From: the human T2T-CHM13v2.0 reference genome, Homo sapiens
Strand: one strand, 5' to 3'
Assembly (NCBI RefSeq): GCF_009914755.1
Contig: NC_060947.1
DNA: 64,000 nucleotides
A program made the position numbers and the translations under genes. Positions 17,084-33,385 of this stretch are shown here, in pieces. The notes beneath the pieces were generated by a model, which saw only the letters and a list, made by a program, of their open reading frames with translations, searched no databases and was not told where the DNA came from. Each line of letters starts with the position of its first letter. Position 1 is the first letter of the stretch.

Positions 17084-18134
17084 CTGAACTTCTGCTGTTT
17101 TTTTCCTCAAGGGAGGAGTGTTCACACACACACACACCACACACACACACACACACACGACTGGGTCAAAGTTTGGCAGGTAGTGACCCAGCCCAGTTAA
17201 TCAGATCCCTCTCCACAACTCTTGATACATCTAGTAGGGAAAAGGGGCTTTTTCGTGTCCAGAATTGCTAGCTGTAAGAACACTATGTGTTTAGAGCAGC
17301 ATCTTTGTTTCCACATGGGAAAACTGGTCTAGGAATAAATGCAAGAAAGAGAAGAGCAAAGCTGAGATATGGAGAACAGAGAAATGAGTCTTAATGATAT
17401 AATTCAAGCCCCCCAATCAGAAAGGAATTCAGCCATATCTGAAGACAGCAAGCACCACTGTTTTCATGCAATGCTCACATCCATCTCTTTGGTTTAACTG
17501 GTCTAGGAGAATTTTCTGCCGTGGATCCTGAAAAACAGGCTGTGAGAGTGAAAAGATGAACAAGGCGTGTTGTATATACCCAAATATCACATATATTGTG
17601 CTTTGGAGCGAAGAATGGAGTTAGATGATAGCCTGCACTAGGGCATCTTCAGAAAGGGAAATACTCCATGTTTTTCTCCTAAGATGTAAACGAAAGAGTT
17701 CACATTTGCATTATAGAAAGCATTTTAAAAATATCTTCAAAAAACACTGACACTCAGTCCCTCCCTTGTCCTGAGGACATCTGAGGAATCAAGCAAGTAG
17801 TATAAAAAGTAGTCTTTTTATATATTTCTTCACAGTTATTTTTATATATTTATTTACTGTTGATGAACTGGATTGGTTCTCTGCATTTTGTTTTTGAAAC
17901 AACCTCTTGCTTGCATTATTATTTCCATTTTGTAGATGAAAATAATGAGCCGCAAGAAGGTTCATGTTTTATCCAAGGCCATAGAAGTAATAAGGGGCTG
18001 AGCTTACATTTGAAACCAAGTTTTCTGATTCTATATATGATGTTGATACCTGAAGATAATTCTTTCTTCCATTCTTACTAGTGCCTCATTTTCCAGCAAT
18101 AATTTTTACATTCAGAATACATTCAAATCATCCA

Positions 18135-20635
<2,501 letters not shown>

Positions 20636-20636
20636 A

Positions 20637-20825
20637 CAGTCAGCCCTCCATATATGTGGGCCCCACATCCATGGATTTAACCAACTCCAGGTTAAAAATA
20701 TTAAATAATAAATAAAAATTAACAATACAACAATAAAAATAAAACAAAAAATACCATATAACAACTATCTACTTAATATCTACATTATATTAGGCATAAT
20801 AAATAATTTAGAGATAATTTAAAGT
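20637..20825. mobile_element. Tigger3/MER7-like DNA transposon fragment
   Basis: TA-CAGTCAGCCCTCCATATATGTGGG...ATCCATGGATTTAACCAAC terminal sequence. Confidence 0.7.
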
Positions 20826-20874
20826 AATGACTAGGAGGGCCAATTATCTAACACTGGATGAGGACAGTGAAGCT

Positions 20875-21340
20875 ATGTCTGCATTTGGATGCCCTAGAAG
20901 CAGACCTGAGACAGGACTGAAGTACAGTAGTTACAACTAAACACAAGAGCCAGGAGCAAGACAAAAAAAGGGAAACCACTGGTAGAAGGTAAACTATCAG
21001 GCAAGTCCCCACTGTGGATTGATTACTGGAGCTTGATCCCGATCCCACCGGGAAACTCTGGGTGTCAGTGTAGTACATGCACCTCAGAGTTCTCTCTTCT
21101 CATGGGCAAAGGAATAAGACTATTTAGACACCAGTTTCCATCAGTCATTGATTGAATGCTGCCTTCCAGGACATTAATCCTCTGGCTCTCACAGCTGCCC
21201 TGTGTGGGCAGGGTGGATTTTGGTTGTCGAGAAACGTCCCTAGGCAGTTGGAAGTCCCAGAGCTTGCATTGCAGTGGTAAGGCACCAGGGGATGGAGACG
21301 TGGATGGAGACGTGGATGGAGCATCAAAAGGATCTGCTAC
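20875..21340 (-). mobile_element. LTR16-like ERVL LTR remnant
   Basis: CCCTAGAAGCAGACCTGAGACAGGA motif; 12-bp duplication GATGGAGACGTG near 21291. Confidence 0.5.
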
Positions 21341-21511
21341 AAGCAACCAGGACAGATTTCAGCAGAAGAGTCCATGTGTTAGTGGTTGGTATTTCAGAGG
21401 GCCTGGGAGTGGACAGATCAACAGCTGTTCTCACAAAAGCAGCATAGAGAGTCAAGGCCTGAGGACCTTGGTGAGGACAACTTATAATGGGAGGATGAAG
21501 AGCCATGCCAG

Positions 21512-22278
21512 TGTCAATGAAAAGAGTCAAATTCTGTAAAATATTTGAAGAGATTTATTCTGAGCCAAATATGAGTGACCATGGCCCGTGACACAACCCT
21601 CAGGAGGTCCTGAGAAGATGTGCCCGAGGTGGTTGGGGTGCAGTTAGGTTTTTTGCATTTTAGGGAGGAATGAGACATCAATCAAATATATTAAAGAAAT
21701 GCATTGGTTTGGTCCAGAAAGATGGGGCAGCTCAAAGTGGGGGGTTTTCCAGGCTATAGGTAAATGTAAACGTTTTCTGACTGACAATTGGTTGAGTTTG
21801 TCTGAAGACCTGGGATCAATAGAAAGGAAATGTTCAGGTTAAGATAAAAGATTGTGGAGACCAAGGTTCTTTGGAAGTCTTACAGTGACTGCCTTTAGAG
21901 ACAATAGATGACAAATTTTCCTATTCAGATCTTTAAAAGGTGTAAGACTTGTATTTAATCTCTTTAAGATTGAGAGGGCCTGGAAGAAAAAGACCTAGCT
22001 ATGTTAATAGAGATTCTTTACAGATGTAAATTTTCTCCCTTTGCATGGACATTTCAAGATATGGCGAAGAAACATGTTTGGAGGTAAAACATTCTGATTT
22101 TCTTCCTTGTCTAATAGTGTTATGCCGGAGTCAGGTTGGAAAGTAAGTCATGATATATAGGGTTAAAAAAAAAAAACCCATCTGATGAGAATCTATGGTT
22201 TGTAAAGCATGACTCCCCAGATCCCTTAGATAGGAATTTGGACAAGATAAAAAGAAAAAAATCAGAGCTTAGTCTTCA
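21512..22278 (-). mobile_element. MER4 (MER4E-like) ERV1 solo LTR
   Basis: TGTCAATGAAAAGAGTCAAA...ATCAGAGCTTAGTCTTCA; near TSD CCAG/ACAG. Confidence 0.85.
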
Positions 22279-24749
22279 ACAGCCTCTGTCTTTGTGGTTG
22301 AGATTCTGTACCCAGAGTTGGAAATGTCTCTATCTTTTCTTCCTACCACAGGTGGTTGTTGGATATAAAAGGCATTTTGGGAATGTTTCTTCTTTCAGCT
22401 CTTGGGCTAATCTTGTTGTCATAACAGACCATATGCTCAGTATTTAAAATTAGGTGTGATTTACAGAGAACTGTGTTGCAACAAGAGAGGAAGGGAGTGC
22501 ACAGAAGCCAGTGGCTGAGTGATCACAGTGCACCAAATTTTCAACATATCCAAATCATAGTAAATTATTCTAAAACCAAAGACCTCATCCAAGAATTGCC
22601 TTGTGTTCAGCAGCAAAGTGTAAGAATCATGTCCTCAGGTGCAGAGGGAATACCTCAGATAGACTCAGCAGGGCAGTGATACATTGGCAGGTAAAAGGGC
22701 TGCTGATAGCCTGCTTTCAAAAAGTGTGACCATCTTCATTCATTAACACCTTAACTGTATTCCCTTCCATTGAGACTTTTACTTTTTCTCATAGCTCCTG
22801 AGAGATAGCACAGGCTTTCAGGGAGGGGCTGGTTTCTTCAGCAAAGTTTCTTTGGCAGCCTGGCAGTGCCTCTCCTGGACAACTGCCATGGCTGCCTCTC
22901 AGGGATGTCTGTGGCTTAGGAATCCAGAGAGAGGGAGAATAGTTGTAGACATTCAAATAGTCATGGAGTCCAAGACTGGACAGTGAACAAAATATCCTAG
23001 GAGATGGGAATGGGGTTCATGGGGCTCAGAAATTGATGGGGGTTCCAGAGCTTGTTATCAAGAATGTTATTAGAAGTACTTCACAACAAATACGGTGCAA
23101 ACACTGACCAATAGGCAGAGCTTGATTCAGGGTCCCAGCTGTGTGAGACACTAACTCTGTGGTTACTAGGTCCTGGAGAAGGGACAAGGGTAACAGGGGC
23201 AGTGGAGGGCTCCTGTAGAGCATGTAGGTATTCCAGAGCAGCCTCAGTTTATTAACTAGTCTGGTACAGGCCAGAGTGAATGAGCATCCCTGCATCAGGA
23301 GTTCCCCTTGGTGCCACAGACTCCAGGTCACCAGCAACTTAGATGGCATCTTTGTGTGAATTAAAGAAAGCATTCTCTGTTGTCAGACTGGGTGAGTAGG
23401 TGGCTGGCTTCATTGTGAAAAGGAAAGGCTCTCAGGAGGAAGAGTTTATAAGAAATAAAAGATTCTCTGGGGAAACGAATGAGAAAAAGACAGCTCCTCA
23501 GAATGAAAATGTACTGTCTTTAGGAGAATGAACTAAAAAAGCCCCCACCCCACTCTATAAAAAATGTTTCCCCCTTGTGAGAAGAGAACTCAGACAGAAG
23601 TGCCCCACCCTGCAGACACAGCAAGGGGTGTTGATGTTGGAGAGGGGGATATGGGCTGGATTTTAGCAACCCCACACCTCCATGACTGGGCACTTTTTGC
23701 AATGAACAAACCTCATTGTGTATGGTGGCCTTGCTGAACCCTGACTATATGTCTCAAGGTTACCCCACTCTGTCCCCTAAACTTAGTTCCTCTTCTTTCT
23801 TCATGAGCACCATGCCCCCACCCCAAATAAATAAATTAAAAGTTTAGAGTTTACACCTATACACATTGATGTAGCATATCTTTTTCAATTTATTTTAAGC
23901 TGGACACATTTAACATAGCACAGTGATGTAGTGAGAAACTCAACTGGCGATGTAGATGGCTCTGTGGTAAACAAGATAATTCTTTCCAATGTCAGGTCCA
24001 CAACCTTGAATCCAGGGCAGCCCCTCTGCTCCCAGAGCAGAAGGAGAAGCAGCCAGGATTGGTGTGTGTTCTTGCAAGCCATTCCTCTAACATCCTGCAG
24101 GTTGGCCTGCAGGGATCACTTCCAAGGGTAAGAGGATCATTCAGTGTTCACAGGTCATTGATTTCCTGGCCATAGGAATAGAAACTGTCAATATGGTGCC
24201 AATTGTTGCAAAGGTTGTTTTGTGAACCATTCTTTTTGCTGCTGAAACTCAATTTGTCAAGGCTGCCAGACAGTCCATGATGACATTTAGTCACTATGAT
24301 CTGGGCTGGATTTGGGTCATTGACTTGGTTCCTGCTTTAGTCATCTAGTATTCTGGAGTGTAACCATTTTGCATATTTATACAAGCATATATATCTTAGA
24401 CAACTACAATGTCTGAAGATTTAGGACCTCTGCTTTCATAGTTTTCAGTGATATATATTAGCAGAGAAACACAAGACAGGCTCTGAGCAGGATGGCAGGA
24501 GAATTGGTTTTCCACTATCTTGGTAGTGTCTGGCAGGTCACCTCACACCCTGGAAAGCAGACCAGGCGCTCAGATGAAATGTTTAATGACGCTGTGACTA
24601 TAAATCATGGCATCTTGAAGGCACACTTGTAATTCTCCTAGGGCATTATAGAGTGGCACTCCAATTCTTGTTGACTCAGGAAGCGATTGCATTGCCTGTA
24701 TCAAATCCACCTCAGGCTGCCCCCAAATAGTATAGAGGCAGGAATGCTG

Positions 24750-25780
24750 AGTCAGGCACAGCAGTGCATTAGGTTTCTGCCCAGTTACTCCACTGCACTA
24801 ATGTTGGGGGCCCTCTTATTTGCCCTGTAATTGTCCCCTGTCAAACTGGACCCCTGCAATGATGTCTGAGGGCTGCTCCTCTACATTGTCACATCCTTTC
24901 CCAGGTTACACCATAGCCCTGATGCTCTGCACTTCTGTTTGCCTCTTCCTTGGCTTCTGTGCAGTTACTCGACTGCAGTGGTTGTGCAGGTTCTACCTCC
25001 TCAGGCCTTTTACCTCCCCTGTGCAGTTACGTCATTGAATTCATGAGTCAAGTCTCATCTTCTTTGCCCTGGTTACATGATTACAATGATAGTATGGATA
25101 TGTTCATCTCTGCTCTGTTTTCCTCCTCTGGCCTAGCACAGCATACATTGACAGTGTGAAGACCTGTTTACTCCTTTCACCCTCTCTATTCACTTACACA
25201 ACGGCCTAGATGATGTAGGTTTTCCCATCCTCACAGCTTCGATTTCCCTTTCCATTTAATGAGTCCCCTGATAGGGTTGGGATTCTCCTCTTCACTCTGT
25301 TCAGATTCTGAACCCAGTAATACAATAGCATTGAAGAGATGGGGACTCCCTCCTGCCCTTTCACCCCTCTCACATGCCCTGTCTGTGCACACCACAGTAT
25401 TAATGGTGGGAGGATCCTCCCTTGCTCATTCAGATCCACTTTGCATTTACACCATGACACCAATGCTGCTTTCCTTGATCTTGTTTACGTTGCCAACCCA
25501 AGTACAAACCAGCTACAACACTGTGCTGGTGCTTTGGGCATGCTGCTTCTTGTTCTGTCCACCTTGCCATATAATCACGGTGCTGATGGTGCAGGGTACC
25601 TCCTCTTTGCCCCATCTACATAATGCTGCTTAGATACAGCACTGAACTGAGAGTTTGGGACTTCTTTTCTGCCTCATTCTTATGTCCTGTCCAGTTATAC
25701 CTCAGTACTAGTGCTGTAAAGATTCTCCTGTTCTCTTTGTTCACATCCTGTATAGAGTTTCACCACTGAACTTTTGAGGG
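24750..25780. repeat. Highly diverged ~60-bp-period tandem array (~17 units)
   Basis: Recurring core resembling CCAGTTACACCAC(A/T)GCACTGATGGT at 24781, 24841, 24902, 24961, 25023, 25069, 25131, 25191, 25252, 25313, 25383, 25443, 25509, 25567, 25630, 25691, 25754. Confidence 0.75.
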
Positions 25781-25824
25781 AGGACTTTTTGCCCTTTTCA
25801 CATCCCACATCCAGTTCCATCTAT

Positions 25825-26646
25825 GCAATGATTATAATTTTAGAATGCCAAGGAAGGCCAACAGCCATTGCAAACTGGAAGAAGCCAGGACTGTTTTTTT
25901 CTTCTGGAGCCTCTAGGGAGAGTATTAGCCTAGAAATACCTACCTTGATTTCAGACTTGTAGCCTCTAGACATGTGACAGAGTAAAGTTTTCTTGTTTTC
26001 AGGCACCACATTTGTGATAATTTGTTATAGCACCTACAGGAAACAAATACAGCCCCAAGATTCCAGGCTATATTTCTTGAAACCTGCGAATATTATGAGA
26101 TGTCACTCCTATGCTTGTGTTATGTTATGTGGCATAGGTCCCCTTTAAAAAAGAAATGATCTAGGTTGGCCTAATGTAATTACATGAGCCTTTAAAAGCA
26201 GAGGATTTTCTTCAGCTGGTGGCAAAAGAGAAGGCAGGAGAAAAATTCAGAGAGAGTTGAAGCATGAAGATAATTCAACAAACCATTCTTAGCCTTGTAA
26301 ATGGTATGGGTCAAGAGCCATGTAATGCAATGGGCTTCTAGAATCTGAGAATGACTCCCTAGCTGATATCCAAACAGCAAAAGGGTACTTCAGTGCTACA
26401 ACCAAACAGAACTTAATTTCTCCAACAATCTGAATGAGGTTGAAAAGCAGATTCTCCCTCAGACTCTCCAGATGAGATCCCAACCCAGCTTGGGATTTTG
26501 ATTTTTGACTTATAAGACCCTAAGCAAATAAGCCATTTGAGCCTCTTCAGACTTCTCATCTACAGAAATATAATACATTAAAAATAAATAAATTTAAGCT
26601 GCTAAATTTGTGGTAATTTGTTATACCCACAGTACAAAGTAATTCA
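25825..26646 (+). mobile_element. Two adjacent or nested MLT1 (D/E-like) LTR pieces
   Basis: Two MLT1-type 3' ends (AAACAAATACA ~26051; GTAATTTGTTATA ~26620) and MLT1E-like body. Confidence 0.75.
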
Positions 26647-27563
26647 TCCCCTCTCTATGTAGTCTTCTCCTATGTAGAGATTTTACAATTATTTCTACCT
26701 GGTCCACAGGCTTCTAGAAGCCCCTTCCCCTACTGCCTCCTCCAGAACTATATTGGACATGGTCATCTCTGGTTTCCATTCCTGCTATGATCTTGGGGGT
26801 ATTGTAAATCCTATCTCTGTCAACTGGAAACTTTATGCAGTTCATCAGCGTGGGATTTTGTTGGACAAACAATGACTCCACAAGAATGTTTCAGTCTTCT
26901 TTCAAAAGTGGAGAAAACACCTCTCAGCCTTAGAATTCACGCATGGAATGTGAAAAGTGCTCCCATTCCCCCAAATACAAAGAGGACTTACCTGATTTAC
27001 CTCATAGAAACTGAAAAAAACTAAAAAGGCAGTAAAACTGTTTTACTCTTCTCTTTATGATCCTTGATGATTTTTATCTTGTTACTTTTAGACTGGCTAT
27101 ACAACTTCTTTTTTCTATTTTTACGATTTATCAAGTACTATCTCCTTGGAATAGAGACATATGTCAAAATTCAGCTCACTGCATCATATTGATGAGAAAT
27201 TAAGCACTGTTTTATGAAGGATATGATACACTCATGCAGATCCTCATGTCCAAGGTCATAATATGGGATTTGGTTTCTGAAAACAAAACACAGAATTCTG
27301 GCTTGAAACCAGGCTTCACTAAGGCTATATATAATCACATACAATACATAACATATAAAATTTCAGAAACACACAGATCACACACAGACACACACATACA
27401 CACATCTTTTGAAATAACTGCAATAATAAAAGGAATTAGAATGGAATGGTCATAATCTATGAATACCTCATGGCACCCAAGGCAAATATAGTAAACTAGT
27501 AAAACCAGTAAAAATCCTGGAAAAACAATGGTAACTTTCTATGGGTATTGTTAGTTGGTGCCC

Positions 27564-27931
27564 CACATTAGTCCATTTTCAGACTGCTATAAAGATATTA
27601 CCTGAGACTGGATAATTTATCAACAAAATAGGTTTAATTGACTCATAGTTCTGCATGTCTGGGGAGGCCTTAAGAAACTTACAATCATGGTGGAAAGCAA
27701 AGGGGAAGCAGGCACCTTCTTCACAAGGCGGCAGGAGAGAGAGAGCATGCAGGGGAAACTGCCACTTTTAATACCATCAGATCCCATGACAGCTCCCTCA
27801 CTATAATGAGAACAGCATGGGGGAAATTGCCCCCATGACACAATCACCTCCTACCAGGTACCTCCCTCAGACACAGGGGGATTACAATTCCAGATGAGAT
27901 TGGGGTGGAGACACAGAGCCAAGCCATATCA
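27564..27931 (-). mobile_element. THE1D/MSTA-like MaLR LTR
   Basis: ATTAGTCCATTTTCA...GCCATATCA; TSD TGCCC/TGCCT. Confidence 0.9.
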
Positions 27932-27972
27932 TGCCTTATAAAAATATCTTTAGAATAAAGAGAAATAAAATA

Positions 27973-28403
27973 CAGTTGAATCATGAACAAATCAGAGATA
28001 GGGGTGCCGACCCCCTGTGCTGTAAAAAAAAATCTCAGTATGACTTTTGACTCCCCAAAATTTTAGCTGTTTATAGCCTACTGTTGACCAGATGCCTTAT
28101 CAATAACATGAGGTCAACAGGTGTTTTGTGTGTGATATGATTATATACTGCATTCTTAAAGTAAGCTAGAGAAAAGAAAATGTTATTAAGGAAATCATAA
28201 GGAAGAGAAAATGTATTTACTATTCATTAAGTGGAAGTGGATCATCACAAAAGTCTTCATCCCCATTGTCTTTACGTTGAATAGACTGAGGGGGAGGAAG
28301 AGAAGGGGTGGATCTTGCTGTCTCAGGAGTGGCAGAGGCATAAAAAAATCTGTGTGTAAGTGGACTCACACAGTTCAAATCTGTATGGTTCAAAGGTCAA
28401 CTT
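27973..28403 (-). mobile_element. Tigger2a-like non-autonomous DNA transposon
   Basis: TIRs CAGTTGAATCATGAAC / GTTCAAAGGTCAACT flanked by TA. Confidence 0.8.
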
Positions 28404-29684
28404 TATTTTCAAAAGAGAGAAATTCATTTATATTTTAGACATTATCAATTCATTTTCCAAGACACATTGATAACAATATTCATTACCATAAAAAAATTTT
28501 CATTAACTATATGTCCCTGAGTTTTCTGTGTTTAAAAACATAATAATGATAACTAAGAGGCTCTGTACTCTAAGAAATAAGAGGAGACAAGAACATGGCA
28601 CAAAATCAAGTGGAGTTGATAGTTTCTTCACATATAGATGGAGTTAAAAAACTTTTACAATTTGTTTAATGTCATATTTCAAGTTATATTTCTATATTTA
28701 ATTGTTTAATGGTCAAATAGTAGATATTAAAGAGATGGTAGGGAAGGAAAAGGGTCAGGGGAAGAATATGCAGAGATCAGGGAGACTGAGGACCTAGGGG
28801 GACTGAATGAATTATTGACCAGAGTGTATGAAACACTTTGGCTCCCTAGTGACTAAGTGTCATGGCTGTTGAGACTCATGCTTAAACTATTTGAGATTTA
28901 TACAAATGTCCATGATGAGAAATAATTATAATTTTACTAAAGTAGGAATATGAATACTGAGTACAGCAGAACAGGAGCTAGACACACATAAGGAGCCCAG
29001 AATTCTGCCACATAGTTATATCTTAAGAGAATGTTTCTTTTGTCCTGTACTCAGCATTATTTACTGAATAACTCCTAATTACTCCTTGTTACTAAGATAT
29101 ATACAAGTTTAGAGATTTGTAGACATTTTACATCTCGGACAGTATCTCTAGGTAATGTTAAAATTATAATGTACTTTATTTTTTGCCCTTCATGTGAAAA
29201 TGCACACATTTTCAGTTATCTGCTTGGCGTATCCTCCTACGTATGGCATGAAACCTTCAAATTATCCTCTCCAAACTTGATCCTATGCCTATTTCTATTT
29301 CTTAATCTCAGAGGCAAGGCTGAAACTTTCCCTTTTTTTCATGTATCAAATTCAATCGAGTCAATAATGTCCTGCCAATTCAACCAGCCAAGGCATTTCT
29401 ACAGGGTGTATCATATTGTTATCCTGCTACAATCCTAGCTGAGCATTACCTATACCATCTTTTATACCAACCCTTCCCCTTTACATGGAGCTGGCTCACT
29501 CACACTATATGTCAAAGATGTGTAAAACTCCAACATTAGGAGAGTGGGATTTCTGAAATGCCTGAGTGAAGAACTCAGAAAATACCCCCCCAGAAATAAA
29601 TATAATATTAAACCAATTTGTAAAAACCACCATATAAAGAAATTGGAAATGGATAAAGACACATTAAAAATTGAGAAGCAATTA

Positions 29685-30068
<384 letters not shown>

Positions 30069-30742
30069 TTACCCACTTCCTCCATCCCATACTGCCATCT
30101 ATGCCCATCCACTGAAGAGAAAGGGATCCAATTTCCCTGAAATTAAGGTATCTCTGCATGCTGTAATGCTGCCTGAATAACTTGGGGTTCTATTTTTTAC
30201 CTACTACCTGAATATTTTGAGATTCATTTGACAGGTAATAAGGGTAAGGATAAGCCATAAATAATATGCATAACATGTGTAGGTATATATAATGTTTATT
30301 GGACATCTACTATAGGCAGATCAACAAATGTATCTCAATGGAAAGAATATTACATAAACATTGATATCTTCTGAAAATACACATACTTAAAGGTGTTTTA
30401 ATTTTTTTAAATTTGATTTTGCTCATTTAGATGCCTTGCTTTTTTTAGCGACTTTAGAGTTCATTAAAATTATTTAAAAGCATTATGTGTGTTTTTGAAA
30501 AATATGTAAATTGACTCTTAGATTCGACTATTTATTTATTTGTTCATTCATAAATATTTATTGGATACCTACTGTGTGCTACATACCATTCTAGGCAGTG
30601 GGAGATACATCAGTGAGGAAAACAGACAAATATTCCTATTTCTATTAATCAAATGGAGAAGATAGATAACAAATAAGAGAAAGATATGTATGTTAGAGGA
30701 TTATATAAGCTTAAATTAGAATTGTGTATTTGAAAATACAGT

Positions 30743-31288
30743 ATATTAATAGCAAATTTGAGCTATAGTAAGGCCAACAGATCGGCAGGTGCTTATCACT
30801 GAAAAAGATAGTTTATCCCTTACAGTTCCCAAAAGAAAGAGGCATGAAATACTATGGGTGTGGGGAGGGAGAAATAACAGGGTCAGTCAAGAGGCAGAGG
30901 AGAGAGAGAAAGAAGCATGTGCAAGAGTCTTTATTGTGGCTACTGCAAGAAGAAACGGGCAAAACACAGTAAGCAGATTTAGGATTGGTTAGTTTGAATA
31001 ATTTAATAAGTTAGGTGTTGTAGGTGCTGTCCCTACATGTCTGGTAGCAGTCCCTGGGGTGAGTAGAGAAGATAAGTAGCCCAGGGTGTAATAGCCTGAA
31101 AAGGTCAGTGGTAGGATTGTGGGTTCTGGATCACTTGGCTTGTATTTGAAAAGTGTCCTCATAGGTGAGTTGTGTACTATTTCTAGGAATTGGCAAACCC
31201 TGGGAGGAACAGTCTTTCCAGGGTCAGCAAGGTTCCATATATCAAAGCATCAGAATAGAGAAAATTTTAAGAAACATGGTTAATACAG
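30743..31288 (-). mobile_element. MER68/MER77-like LTR inside an L2 remnant
   Basis: TTTAGGATTGGTTAGTTTGAATAATTT motif; terminus ATGGTTAATACA. Confidence 0.55.
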
Positions 31289-31639
31289 TAGGAAAAACTA
31301 GGACTTCTAAGGCTGATCAGGATGCATCTTATATGTGAGATGATAGATATATTAATTTGCCTTACTATAGTAATCATTGTACTATCTATATGTATCCCAT
31401 AACATCATGTTGTAAACCTCAAATATATACAATAAAATTTATTTGAAAAATAAAATGAATGAAAGAATAAATAAATAAGGAGCAGAATCCATGCTGGCCC
31501 ACAAATGCAAAGGCGTGTACTGGGGCCATGGATTCTGTACCCATGTTCCTCTCAGCCAGGTGCTCTGTTGCAAAGCACCACCTTCACACTGAAAGGCAGC
31601 ACCTCTGCCAAGAAGACAGTAAATTTAGCCACACAATAC

Positions 31640-32640
31640 ATAGAAGAAAAGCATTTCAGACAGAAGGAACAGCTAGTGCCAAATCTTGACGCAAGAGCTT
31701 ATCTGAGTTGTTTGAAGAAGACATTATAGCTTGACCAATGAGAACAGAAAGGATGTTAGTGGAAAATTGGGAAACAAGGTTAGAGAGGGACCAGATTATA
31801 TAGGGCCTTGTTAAACATTTTAAATGTTTGAGCTTTTACTCTCAGAGAAATGTGGAGCCATTAATAGGTTTTATGCAAATAAATAACATGATCCAAAGGA
31901 CTTTCAATATGATCATTCTGGCTGCTATGTTGTGACCAGACAGCTGAGGAGCAAGAGTGGAAACAAGGAGAACAGCAGGAAGTCTCCTACAGTAATGTGA
32001 GCGAGAAACAACAGTGATGAAAAATGAAGCAATTGTGATAGAAGTAATAATTTATCTGATTTTGGATATATTTCATAAGTAGAAGAAACAGAATTTTCTA
32101 AATAGATTGAAAATGGAAATAATAGAATGAGAGACATTAGGGATAACCTCAAGTAATGTGGTCGAAGAAACTGGAAGGATGGAATTGGCATTAATTAAGA
32201 TGATGAAAAAGCAGGTTTATAGGTGGACACTAAGAATTCAGTTTCAGATATGTTACATTAAAAATGTCTATTAGCTATCCAAACAGGGAATCATCAAGTA
32301 GGCAATTAACATTGAGAGTCTGCAGGAAAGAGAAATTGCCCATATTGGAGCTACGATTAAGGATTCATTATAATGCTGATGGTATTCAGAACTCATGTTG
32401 AAATTACATCAGCAAAGGGATGAATGAAGTGATGAGAAGGCTCTGGACTGATCCCAAGGGTACTTCAATGTTAAAAAAAAAAGTTCAGAGAGAGGAAGAT
32501 AAAACAACATACACAAAAAAATGAAGAAAGTATTTACACAAAAGGCAAATAATCAGCTATTTTAAAGGTGCTGATATTTCAAGTAAGATACGGATTAATA
32601 ATTTGCCATAGGATTTAGTAATATGGTGAGCAGTAGCGAC
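31640..32640 (-). mobile_element. L2 fragment
   Basis: Antisense L2 motifs (GATCATTCTGGCTGCTATGT, GAAACTGGAAGGATGGAATTG, GAATTCAGTTT). Confidence 0.75.
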
Positions 32641-32989
32641 TGGTGGGGTTGTTTTGATATTTTAGTTTATTGACTGGTTCCTTTATGTAGACCAGAAAAA
32701 TCATGAATGAATGGTGATGTGATAAATGTACTTAGGGGGTACTTTGCTGAAACTACTCATTTTGGAAGTTGGGTGTGTTTTCAGAAAATCTAGGCATTCT
32801 TTAATGTACTCTGAAGGTTATAATATATTCAGTAGTCTCATAAGTAATCTGCATTTTATATCTCATATGTTAAATATAATTCATTAAAATAAACTCAACC
32901 ATAACAAGCTAAGCATTATATTATTAGAAGATTCATAAAATAGCTGTTTGATTTTTTTGAACTATTTCCTACCTTTTGCTTTTATCATG

Positions 32990-33385
32990 ACAAAACTTGT
33001 CAAAACCCAAGTCCATCAACAGCTGAATGAACACGCTAAATGTGTACATATGTACAATGGATATTATTCAGTCATAAAAATAAATGAATTTCTGAAACAT
33101 GCTACAGGATGGCTGAGCCTTCAAAACATTAGGCTTAGTAAAATAATCTATACACAAAAGGATATCATATGATTCCACCTATATGAAATATCCAGAATAG
33201 GCAACTTCAACGAGACAGAAAGTAGACTAAAGTTTACCAGGGGCTGGTGAGAGGAGTGGGGAGTTATTGCTGAATGAACAGAGTTTGTTTTGGATGATGA
33301 AAAGGTTTTGGAAGCAGATGGTGGTGGTGGTTGCACAAGGTGGTGCATGTACATAAAGCCACTGAATTATATACTTAAAAATATC
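32990..33385 (+). mobile_element. L1MB/ME 3' end
   Basis: ATATGAAATATCCAGAATAGGCAA, GATGATGAAAAGGTTTTGGA motifs. Confidence 0.8.

Noticed and set aside
24750-25780. CRISPR array (repeat-spacer look)
   Set aside because: Eukaryotic DNA, no cas genes, cores far too divergent, and linkers share a compositional bias.
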